Source: Bacteroidales bacterium (GTDB lineage Bacteria > Bacteroidota > Bacteroidia > Bacteroidales > UBA12077). From it: a stretch of 35,622 bases of DNA. The notes below the pieces were generated by a model. The model saw only the letters and a list, made by a program, of their open reading frames with translations, searched no databases and was not told the origin of the DNA. Made by a program: the position numbers and the translations under genes. Below are positions 8,284 to 15,394 of the stretch, piece after piece. The DNA is taken from positions 1 to 35,622 of the forward strand of contig DAOVYZ010000001.1 of assembly GCA_030635365.1 (NCBI GenBank). The letters are read 5' to 3'. How positions within the stretch are numbered: position 1 is the first letter of the stretch; each line of letters opens with the position of its first letter.

Positions 8284-9057
8284 ATGAATCAAATACTAGT
8301 AACTAATACTGATTTGCGCAAGCTTAGACAACTGGGAAAACAAGTTAATATTGATAATTTCACAGCTAGAGCTAGAGAGATCCAAACTAATGAATTTACA
8401 GAACTATTAGGGGCTGCTTTAATTTTTGATTTTTTCAATTTTCTAGAGAATGGGTTTACTTTATCAAATGATACTTTTGTACGTACTTCAGACACTCAGA
8501 TAACGGCAACGGGAGTTGATTTATCTTCATGGGTAGATAATTCCTTAAAATTAAACAATGGTATTTATGTTTTAGTTACGGCTGCGGTGTTTAGTGGTGG
8601 CAATACGTTAATAACTGTAATCGGGAACAATTTAACCAACGAGACAGACGAAAACGGCGTGTTATTAATTAAATATTTGCCTGACACTTTAACGACAATT
8701 GCGTTTAGCACAGAAAATAAATATACTAAATTATTAAATGGTACTTCATATACTAAGGACTCAGATACTATTCAATATAACGGATTAAGGTTTTTTATTG
8801 GTTGGAAATTTCTTGCTATTTTCACAATGGATGGAACAATAAAACATTCTGATGTTGGAAATTTTTCAATAACAGGGCAAAGTTTTAGATCACCATCAGC
8901 CGGTGAAATAAACGCCTCAAAGTCTACATATTTACAGAATAGTACCCGTGAGGAGAATCACATTATTGATTATCTCAATGAAAAAAGTACAGATTTTATA
9001 TTGTGGGATTCGAAAAATAATGAGAATATTCAGAATTATAATATGATTGTTATTTAA
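8284..9057 (+). CDS. Hypothetical virion-associated protein, 257 aa. A connector or minor head role is possible.
   Basis: It follows the portal gene in the same operon. I recognise no motif. Confidence 0.4.
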   Translation: MNQILVTNTDLRKLRQLGKQVNIDNFTARAREIQTNEFTELLGAALIFDFFNFLENGFTLSNDTFVRTSDTQITATGVDLSSWVDNSLKLNNGIYVLVTAAVFSGGNTLITVIGNNLTNETDENGVLLIKYLPDTLTTIAFSTENKYTKLLNGTSYTKDSDTIQYNGLRFFIGWKFLAIFTMDGTIKHSDVGNFSITGQSFRSPSAGEINASKSTYLQNSTREENHIIDYLNEKSTDFILWDSKNNENIQNYNMIVI

Positions 9058-9063
9058 TTTTTG

Positions 9064-9071
9064 TACATTTG
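9064..9071 (+). promoter_or_regulatory. Candidate -7 promoter box (TACATTTG) within the conserved 13-mer TTTTGTAYATTTG.
   Basis: The same 13-mer context recurs at 19178-19190 and 22336-22348. All three copies are intergenic. Confidence 0.4.
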
Positions 9072-9077
9072 CACTTG

Positions 9078-9181
9078 TTAATGAACCTCTACCTTTGACA
9101 TGAAAACGATAAATAAAGACTTAATATATTTACAATTACCCATCTTAAACAGAGTAGAGGCTGTTTTCGGTGGGTTTTTTT
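9078..9181 (+). ncRNA. Candidate short transcript of about 100 nt, bounded by a promoter box and a terminator. It could be an sRNA or an attenuator leader of ORF 9200.
   Basis: The promoter-like box at 9064-9071 is followed by a two-tier hairpin and T7 run at 9138-9181. A long-range 7-bp pairing is possible between CCTCTAC (9086-9092) and GTAGAGG (9154-9160). The only ORF inside is a 29-codon ATG ORF (9100-9189). Confidence 0.25.
9138..9181 (+). terminator. Rho-independent terminator at the end of the head/portal operon.
   Basis: The outer stem pairs ACCCATC (9138-9144) with GGTGGGT (9169-9175). The inner stem pairs AAACAG with CTGTTT. A T7 run follows. Confidence 0.65.
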
Positions 9182-9199
9182 ATGCTTAAAAATTAGGTT

Positions 9200-9457
9200 A
9201 TGGAATACAAGGGGATTGATTATATTAATAAAACACCAAAGGAAAATGTAAATTATGTATTTAATAATATATGTGTTGAATTGATTAAAAGGAATGAATT
9301 ACTTTTTGAAGAAGCAATGAAATTAATGAAGTTTTATATTGAATATATGAGAAAAGAGACTTTAGAAAGTGATAAAAAAAGAGGTGTTTTATTAGAATTA
9401 GAGCCTACATGGAAGGCAATGGAAAAAGAATTGTGTTCTATAAAAATGTTAAAATAA
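9200..9457 (+). CDS. Hypothetical protein, 85 aa.
   Basis: ORF with an ATG start. I recognise no family. A ~430-nt noncoding region follows. Confidence 0.45.
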   Translation: MEYKGIDYINKTPKENVNYVFNNICVELIKRNELLFEEAMKLMKFYIEYMRKETLESDKKRGVLLELEPTWKAMEKELCSIKMLK

Positions 9458-9856
9458 AGAATTGCCGGTTGATATTCCGAACCGACACTAAAAATTGAGC
9501 TGTAAAAAGGATGTAAAATGCAATTAGATAAACAAATCATTAATAAAAAAGTCCGGCACTATCTTTTACAGGTTTTTGATAACTGGCAACTGAAAGCGAG
9601 AGCAAACCATTAATGATATTAAAATAAAAGTGATAGCTTGGCAGCGATTTTACACTAAATTAGTAATTATTAACAGGGATGAAAATTTAGTCAGGGTATT
9701 TTAATAGTTTATCAGTTAATTAAATTTAACAATATTCTAGTTTCAGGGAGTAATAAAACCTGTTAATTAAAATCGAGTTGCAAAATAAAACATATCAACT
9801 ATTTAGAATCAATTTAAATTACTATATATATTCGTAAAACGTTTATATTTACTCCG

Positions 9857-9864
9857 TATATTTG
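9857..9864 (+). promoter_or_regulatory. Candidate early promoter -7 box (TATATTTG).
   Basis: It matches TAnnTTTG 24 nt upstream of the ATG at 9888, at the end of the largest noncoding region. Confidence 0.4.
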
Positions 9865-9887
9865 TAGAGAATTAATAATAAAGCTAT

Positions 9888-10055
9888 ATGAAAACAGCTA
9901 AAGAAATAATTAAAGAAGCAATAAAAGAAGCTGAAGAAAAAAAACTGCCATTCCCTGATTCTTTTGCAAGAGGTGCATTGAGAGCAAAATACGATATGTT
10001 AAGAAGGGAATATTTAGAACTAAAAACGAACTTTGAAAAACTACAAAAGAAATGA
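9888..10055 (+). CDS. Small hypothetical protein, 55 aa. It is absent from the ORF track.
   Basis: Hand translation gives MKTAKEIIKEAIKEAEEKKLPFPDSFARGALRAKYDMLRREYLELKTNFEKLQKK. Its stop overlaps the next start as ATGA (10052-10055). The AATAAAGCTATATG start context matches other early genes. Confidence 0.55.
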   Translation: MKTAKEIIKEAIKEAEEKKLPFPDSFARGALRAKYDMLRREYLELKTNFEKLQKK

Positions 10056-10255
10056 AACAATTAAAGCAAAAAATAAGCCTTGAAATAAAAAAGACTTTAG
10101 AAAACTCGGAGCTTTGGATCACACGCAAGGTTTTGGCTAGAATGGCCGGGGTTTCAGAAACAACATTGTACAGCGCATTAAAAGGTGAGGGTTCACTTGA
10201 TAATTTAATGAAGGTGGCCAAGGTATTGAACATTAAAATTGATTTAATTAAATAA
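10052..10255 (+). CDS. XRE/Cro-type HTH transcriptional regulator.
   Basis: ITRKVLARMAGVSETTLYSALKGEGSLDNLMKVAKVLN fits the XRE helix-turn-helix pattern. It is 67 aa and is an early gene. Confidence 0.65.
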   Translation: MKQLKQKISLEIKKTLENSELWITRKVLARMAGVSETTLYSALKGEGSLDNLMKVAKVLNIKIDLIK

Positions 10256-10259
10256 AGCT

Positions 10260-10652
10260 ATGAGAGAAATAAAATTTAGAGCTTGGAACGATGAATGGAA
10301 CGAATTTATTTATTCAAATACTGTTGGACGTCATGAAAAAAGAGATTGGTATCCTTTTGGGTTTGATATAGGATTTAGTCATTATCCGCATTATTTAGAA
10401 AATACAATTATTGAACAATACACAGGCTTAAAAGACAAGAACGGAACAGAGATTTATGAAGGGGATATAATAAAACATAACAAAAATACATTTCAAGTAA
10501 TACATAGTGAAAGGCAACATGTATTGGTATTAAGACACATTAAACAAGAAACTAATTGGAGGGATTTAAACTGGTGTTATTGTGTTAGAAAATATATTGA
10601 AGTAATAGGAAACATTCACGAAAACCCAGAACTTTTAAAACAAACAAAATGA
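10260..10652 (+). CDS. YopX-family protein.
   Basis: It has MREIKFRAWN at the N-terminus and YTGLKDKNGTEIYEGDII in the core, both hallmark YopX motifs. Confidence 0.75.
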   Translation: MREIKFRAWNDEWNEFIYSNTVGRHEKRDWYPFGFDIGFSHYPHYLENTIIEQYTGLKDKNGTEIYEGDIIKHNKNTFQVIHSERQHVLVLRHIKQETNWRDLNWCYCVRKYIEVIGNIHENPELLKQTK

Positions 10653-10747
10653 TAGGCAGATTAATAGTAATATTAACATTTGCATTGGTCGCTCTTTTAG
10701 TTTGGCCGATACATTTTATAATAAACTTATTTAAAAAATTAAAATAA
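10649..10747 (+). CDS. Candidate 32-aa single-pass membrane peptide. It is absent from the ORF track.
   Basis: Translation is MIGRLIVILTFALVALLVWPIHFIINLFKKLK. Its ATG overlaps the YopX stop as ATGA. It fills an otherwise empty 100-nt gap. Confidence 0.4.
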   Translation: MIGRLIVILTFALVALLVWPIHFIINLFKKLK

Positions 10748-10753
10748 AGCGAA

Positions 10754-11107
10754 ATGGAATATAAGATAACAAAAGAACAATGTCAAGCTACGATAAATAA
10801 AGCAAAACCAATTGTTTGTACCCATTGTGGTGGGCAATTAAGCCCTGTTAGGACAGTAGATAATGCAAATAATCCGACATATTGGGTTGGGTGTAATGGA
10901 TGTAATCACTTTGATAATGGAACAACACCAGAACATTATGAAATTGCTAAACGAATGGTAATTGAAAGACGCTTACGGCCATATAGTCACTTAAAAGAGC
11001 CAATTAAAGAAAATAATTTAGTTGATTATAAATATTGGTTAATATCACAAATAGGCGGTGCTGTAAGCATTGTTGAAGATATAATTACACTATATAAATT
11101 TAAATAA
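10754..11107 (+). CDS. Zinc-ribbon protein, 117 aa.
   Basis: It has two Cys pairs, CTHCGG and GCNGCNH. The function is unknown. Confidence 0.5.
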   Translation: MEYKITKEQCQATINKAKPIVCTHCGGQLSPVRTVDNANNPTYWVGCNGCNHFDNGTTPEHYEIAKRMVIERRLRPYSHLKEPIKENNLVDYKYWLISQIGGAVSIVEDIITLYKFK

Positions 11108-11322
11108 TGAAAATATTTGAAACAGCATACAACGATTTACAGGACTTCATTTATGATGATCCTTGTTTGGAAAATGACATTTATTCTGATTATGACAGAG
11201 ACGAGCCTGACTTTTATTCTGATTATCCAAGAGATGAAGATGGTAATTTAATTTCTGCCTGTTGTGGTGAAATATTGGATGAAGATGTTATGATTTGCCC
11301 GGAATGTAAAGAACATTGTTGA
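11107..11322 (+). CDS. Highly acidic 71-aa protein with a tandem 11-aa repeat and a C-terminal Cys4 knuckle.
   Basis: IYSDYDRDEPD is followed by FYSDYPRDEDG. The 13-nt TTATTCTGATTAT occurs at 11181-11193 and 11214-11226, a 33-nt period. About one third of residues are D or E. The C-terminus reads CCGE...CPECKEHC. Confidence 0.6.
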   Translation: MKIFETAYNDLQDFIYDDPCLENDIYSDYDRDEPDFYSDYPRDEDGNLISACCGEILDEDVMICPECKEHC

Positions 11323-11395
11323 GATTTGTTTTTCTCATTTTATTGTTATAAATTGCACACAATAAAATTAATATTAATTTAAATAAATAAAGCTT

Positions 11396-11590
11396 ATGAG
11401 TAAAAATGTATCTTCAGGTAACGGAGTGAGCACATTAGGATTATTAGGTGTTGCATTCGTAATTTTAAAATTAACAGGTGTTATTAATTGGAGTTGGTGG
11501 TATGTAACATTGCCGTTTTGGGGCGGAATTGTTTTAGCTCTGATAATAGGTTTAATTTATCTCATATACTGGTTAATAACAAATGATTAG
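11396..11590 (+). CDS. Small membrane protein, 64 aa with two predicted TM helices.
   Basis: The hydrophobic segments are LGLLGVAFVILKLTGVI and GGIVLALIIGLIYLIYWLI. Confidence 0.55.
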   Translation: MSKNVSSGNGVSTLGLLGVAFVILKLTGVINWSWWYVTLPFWGGIVLALIIGLIYLIYWLITND

Positions 11591-11602
11591 CCTTCTAGCT
11601 TT

Positions 11603-11620
11603 AGCCCCTTAATTGGGGCT
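11603..11620 (+). terminator. Weak hairpin that may act as a terminator.
   Basis: AGCCCC, loop TTAATT, GGGGCT. The T tail is poor (TTCT). Confidence 0.25.
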
Positions 11621-11647
11621 TTCTGGGTAAATAAAATAAATAAAGCA

Positions 11648-12565
11648 ATGGAAATAAAGCAAATTGACAATCTTAGCAATGAGATTTATCACAATGGAGA
11701 CCAATATAAAGATTACTGGTCAAGTTCAAACCTCAAAGAATACCTGAAAACACCACGTGAGGCCAGATATCAAAAGATTGATGCAGAAAAAAGAGAGAGT
11801 AATGCCATGGACTTTGGCAATTATTTTCATGACTTTTTAGCTTCAAAACATGTGAAAGGTCAGCCGTTTGAATGGAATATCTTTGAACCTCCAACCAATC
11901 CAAGTACCAAAAAATATTACGGAAAAGACAGCCAAAAATATAAAGATGCATTAAGCCATATTATTAATCCAATTTCATTAGATGATATGGAATTGATTCA
12001 AGACATTTGGCAAATGATAAGGAGTTCAAATTATAGTTGGTTTTTTGAACAGCAAATTTTGAGCAAAGGAATTGCAGAACCCTCTTTTTTTGTTGATGGA
12101 ATGCATAAATATAAATACCGTCCCGATGTAGTGACAGATAGGTTTATTTTTGATTACAAATCTATCGATAAAAGATACTGGAAAGCTGATAAACTCAATT
12201 ATAGAATACTGGAATTTGAGTATGATATAAGTGCTGCTATGTACCAATATTTTGAACATGAGCGAACCGGAATTTGGAAGCCTTTTTTAATTATCTGGCT
12301 TATGAAAGACCCTCCTTTTGATATTCTTATAAGTGATATTTCACAATATTGCTTTGAGCCCATTGGTAATAATGAGGTAATTGTCAATTCCGGGGCTATG
12401 GTATTCCTTAAGCTAAAAGATCAACATGAAGCTTGCCAGGTAACAAATCAATGGCCGGGGCTTGCTAATCAATTTGACAGCTACAATGGTCTGAGATTAG
12501 CTAATTTTGCACCCAGATATGACCGGGGCTTTGATGAATTTGAAATTGAATTAGATAATTTTTAA
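11648..12565 (+). CDS. PD-(D/E)xK exonuclease, RecE/exonuclease VIII-like. It is the probable partner of RecT.
   Basis: The N-terminal LSNEIYHNGDQYKDYWSSSNLKEY and the core YRPDVVTDRFIFDYKS (D...D-x-K) match the phage RecE-like (DUF3799-type) nuclease pattern. It lies upstream of recT. Confidence 0.65.
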   Translation: MEIKQIDNLSNEIYHNGDQYKDYWSSSNLKEYLKTPREARYQKIDAEKRESNAMDFGNYFHDFLASKHVKGQPFEWNIFEPPTNPSTKKYYGKDSQKYKDALSHIINPISLDDMELIQDIWQMIRSSNYSWFFEQQILSKGIAEPSFFVDGMHKYKYRPDVVTDRFIFDYKSIDKRYWKADKLNYRILEFEYDISAAMYQYFEHERTGIWKPFLIIWLMKDPPFDILISDISQYCFEPIGNNEVIVNSGAMVFLKLKDQHEACQVTNQWPGLANQFDSYNGLRLANFAPRYDRGFDEFEIELDNF

Positions 12566-12575
12566 AATAAATGAC

Positions 12576-12797
12576 ATGGATAGTTATAGGCATAAAGCAC
12601 GCAAAAATTATAAATGTGATTATTGTAAAGGCATTATAAAAATTGGTGAAATTTATGAGTTAGGAAAAGATAGAATACCTGTTTTTGAAACTGATAGAAT
12701 AGATGCAATTTATGGATATGATGGTAAACAAACAGGAATTGAATATGTTTCATGGAAAATTTGTTCTAAATGTTTAATTGAATTTGAAGAAATATAA
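12576..12797 (+). CDS. Small zinc-ribbon protein, 73 aa.
   Basis: It has the Cys pairs CDYCKG and CSKC. Confidence 0.45.
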   Translation: MDSYRHKARKNYKCDYCKGIIKIGEIYELGKDRIPVFETDRIDAIYGYDGKQTGIEYVSWKICSKCLIEFEEI

Positions 12798-12807
12798 TTT
12801 TTAAAAC

Positions 12808-13026
12808 ATGATCGAATCTAAAAATAAAATACAAAAAAGCCGTCTTGAATATGCTGAAATGATGATTTTAGAACTCGGTTTTGATATTGTTTCCGCTAAT
12901 AAAACCGAATTACGATTTGAATTTAACGGAAACACTGTATATTTTTTCCCTTTTACCGGTTGGCATTCTGGGAAAACTATTCAAGACGGTAGAGGCTTAA
13001 ATAATCTTTTAAAACAATTGAAATAA
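12808..13026 (+). CDS. Hypothetical protein, 72 aa.
   Basis: ORF with an ATG start. The motif FPFTGWHSGKTIQDGRGLNNLL looks conserved, but I cannot name the family. Confidence 0.45.
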   Translation: MIESKNKIQKSRLEYAEMMILELGFDIVSANKTELRFEFNGNTVYFFPFTGWHSGKTIQDGRGLNNLLKQLK

Positions 13027-13051
13027 ATTCTTTTTTATCAAATTAATGTGT

Positions 13052-13059
13052 TAAATTTG
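13052..13059 (+). promoter_or_regulatory. Candidate -7 promoter box (TAAATTTG).
   Basis: It matches TAnnTTTG 30 nt upstream of the recT ATG, in a 62-nt intergenic gap. Confidence 0.3.
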
Positions 13060-13088
13060 TAACAATAAACTAATTAAAATAAAGCAAA

Positions 13089-14159
13089 ATGAGTAATATT
13101 AAAAAAGCGTTAGTGCCAGACCTGAAAAATAAAAAGGTCGAAGATATTGTACAATTAGTACAAAATGTCTATGATAATAATGGATTATCAACTGAATTAG
13201 AACTTCAGTTCATTCAGCTAAAGATAAATGAAAGCCCTCAGCTTTTGAGAGCTGTAAAAGCAAATCCTGAAAGCCTGTATAATTCAATCTTACAAGCTGC
13301 CGAAAGTGGTTTATCTCTTAATCCACAATGGCAGGAGGGATATTTTGTGCCGTATAACATGAAAGTTGATGGAAAAGAAGTTCCTACAGTTACATTTTCA
13401 CCAATGTACAGAGGTAAAAAAAAGCTACTTATTTCCAAAGGAATTGTAAAGAATATCCTTACTGAATTGGTTTATGAAGGTGAGGAGTGGGATGAGAAAA
13501 TTAATAATGGTGTTCGTGAGATTCATCATATACCAAATAGTTTTAAGCGAGCAGACCATACAAAAATAATTGGTGGTTATGCAATCATTATTTTAAACAA
13601 TGATGAAAAGCAATATGTAGTAAAAGGCCGGGATTATTTCGAGCGATGTTTGGCAGCAAGCAAAAGGAAAATGAATGGTAAAACTTCACCAGCATGGAGA
13701 GATTGGTACGATCAAATGTGTAAAAAATGTCTTATAAATGCCGCTGATTCTGAAATCCCAAAAATTGGCGTTAATGCTAAGGTGACTCAATTATTAAATG
13801 ACATTAATACAAATGATGTTGATTATGTTGATGTGACTGATGAAAAAACAGGAAAATTACCAGAACCTAAAAAGAAGCTCTCCATGCATGAATTTTCTGA
13901 TTTGATTGATAAGCTATTACGATATGAAATTTCATTGAAATCGGCACGCCAAAAGTACAAAGGATATGATTTTACCGATAAACTAAAAGATGAAATTAAA
14001 AAAGCCGGAACTATAACCGATGAACGATTAACCGAAATAATTAACTTGGTTATTGCTGATAAAAAAGAACTTACTCATTTCGAGTTCTATCTTGATGAAA
14101 TCCAATTTGAAACGCTTAAGAATGCAATTGTTGATCATACCATGCAAAATGAAAAATAA
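13089..14159 (+). CDS. recT: RecT-family single-strand annealing recombinase.
   Basis: LRAVKANPESLYNSILQAAESGLSLNPQWQEGYFVPY...FSPMYRGKKKLL follows the RecT core pattern: S...al..aA.lGL.p.....ay.iPy......iGY.G. It pairs with the upstream exonuclease gene. Confidence 0.7.
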   Translation: MSNIKKALVPDLKNKKVEDIVQLVQNVYDNNGLSTELELQFIQLKINESPQLLRAVKANPESLYNSILQAAESGLSLNPQWQEGYFVPYNMKVDGKEVPTVTFSPMYRGKKKLLISKGIVKNILTELVYEGEEWDEKINNGVREIHHIPNSFKRADHTKIIGGYAIIILNNDEKQYVVKGRDYFERCLAASKRKMNGKTSPAWRDWYDQMCKKCLINAADSEIPKIGVNAKVTQLLNDINTNDVDYVDVTDEKTGKLPEPKKKLSMHEFSDLIDKLLRYEISLKSARQKYKGYDFTDKLKDEIKKAGTITDERLTEIINLVIADKKELTHFEFYLDEIQFETLKNAIVDHTMQNEK

Positions 14160-14319
14160 ACTATTAACCGTCAAACAATATGCTGAAGTTGAGGGAGTCT
14201 CGACTTCGGCTATTTATAACCGTATCAAAAGAGGGACACTAATTAAGGTCTTCAGATATGGAATTACGTTTGTATTTTTTCGAGAAGATAAGACAATTAA
14301 GAAACCAAGAATAAAATAA
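14149..14319 (+). CDS. Small HTH DNA-binding protein of the HTH_17/excisionase type, 56 aa.
   Basis: From ATG 14149 the translation is MKNKLLTVKQYAEVEGVSTSAIYNRIKRGTLIKV. This overlaps the recT end by 11 nt. I reject the longer track start at 14053, which lies inside recT. Confidence 0.55.
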   Translation: MKNKLLTVKQYAEVEGVSTSAIYNRIKRGTLIKVFRYGITFVFFREDKTIKKPRIK

Positions 14320-14330
14320 AATATTTTGAT

Positions 14331-14546
14331 ATGGAAACAACAATTACAATTTACACTCAAAGCAGCCGACAAATAAAGGCTTACAAAAAAGTGAAAAAAG
14401 TAATTCTTTCTTGTAACAAAAAAGAACAAATTAAAGGTGCGAAACGGATGGTATTTTTATTCCATGCAAAATTCAGGTCATTATATTTCTATATGAAATT
14501 AATAGATTTTTTAAACCACAAAGAACGTGAATTTGAACAGAATTAA
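14331..14546 (+). CDS. Hypothetical basic protein, 71 aa.
   Basis: ORF only. Confidence 0.4.
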   Translation: METTITIYTQSSRQIKAYKKVKKVILSCNKKEQIKGAKRMVFLFHAKFRSLYFYMKLIDFLNHKEREFEQN

Positions 14547-14576
14547 AAATAACACCTCCGAATAAAGGATTTAACT

Positions 14577-14597
14577 ATGATATTAAAGCGATTGTAA
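14577..14597 (+). other. Six-codon upstream mini-ORF (MILKRL-stop) that duplicates the first codons of the methyltransferase gene.
   Basis: ATGATATTAA occurs at 14577 and again at 14602, the true start that encodes MILRRL. The two copies are 25 nt apart. Confidence 0.3.
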
Positions 14598-14601
14598 GGA
14601 A

Positions 14602-15375
14602 ATGATATTAAGAAGATTAGGAAATAAAAAGAAATTAGCCAAACAAATCCAGGCATACTTTCCACCGCATAAAATTTATATTGAACCATTTTTTGGCGCC
14701 GGTGGTATGTTTTTTAATAAGCCAAAAGCAAAATATAATATTGTGAATGATTTGGATTCAGATGTATTTAATTTGTTTCAAGTGGTAATGAATCAAAAAG
14801 AAGAACTTGAAAAAGCTTTTTATATTATGCCTATTCATTCTGATTTATTGGAGTACTGGAAAAATAATTTAGAAACTGACCCGATTAAAAAAGCTTTAAG
14901 ATTTTTATTTTTGAGTAATTTTACATTAATGGGTCAGAGAGGAAATTTAAGATTTGGCGAAAGACAAGATAAGAATATGTTTTATGAAAATATAAATGAC
15001 ACTTTTAAAAAATTGGAATCTGTTCAATTTAATAATTGTGGTTTTAAAAATATATTTAATAAAATAGAAATAAGGGATAATACCATACAAGATATATTTA
15101 TTTATTTAGATCCACCATATTTGCATTTAGATGATAAACGGCCCTATAATGGGCATAATTTCACAGAATCCGATTCTATTGACTTATTCGAAGAACTTGA
15201 ACAAACAGGTTGCAAATTCGCATACTCAGAATTTAACAATCCTTTTATTTTAGATCAGGCCAAACAAAGAAATTTAAACATAATTTATATAGGCGAAAGG
15301 CAAAATTTGAAGAATCGCAGAACTGAAATATTAGTAACTAATTATCAAAATCAACAAAAAACTATTGATTTCTAA
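14602..15375 (+). CDS. dam: Orphan Dam-type (D12 class) N6-adenine DNA methyltransferase.
   Basis: Motif I is EPFFGAGGMFF, followed by IVNDLDSDVFNLF. Motif IV is YLDPPY. The order matches alpha-class Dam enzymes. I recognise no restriction endonuclease gene nearby. Confidence 0.8.
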   Translation: MILRRLGNKKKLAKQIQAYFPPHKIYIEPFFGAGGMFFNKPKAKYNIVNDLDSDVFNLFQVVMNQKEELEKAFYIMPIHSDLLEYWKNNLETDPIKKALRFLFLSNFTLMGQRGNLRFGERQDKNMFYENINDTFKKLESVQFNNCGFKNIFNKIEIRDNTIQDIFIYLDPPYLHLDDKRPYNGHNFTESDSIDLFEELEQTGCKFAYSEFNNPFILDQAKQRNLNIIYIGERQNLKNRRTEILVTNYQNQQKTIDF

Positions 15376-15394
15376 TGACAATTGAAGCAATATT

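Noticed and set aside
9334-10233. Minus-strand ORFs 9334-9540 and 9910-10233.
   Set aside because: The first spans the end of ORF 9200 and noncoding DNA. The second lies antisense to two coupled + strand early genes. Both give hydrophobic low-complexity products and have no promoter or start context.
14053-14148. The long version (88 aa) of ORF 14053-14319, starting inside recT.
   Set aside because: Its first 32 codons overlap the recT C-terminus in another frame. The HTH domain begins at the in-frame ATG 14149, which gives a typical 56-aa excisionase-type protein.
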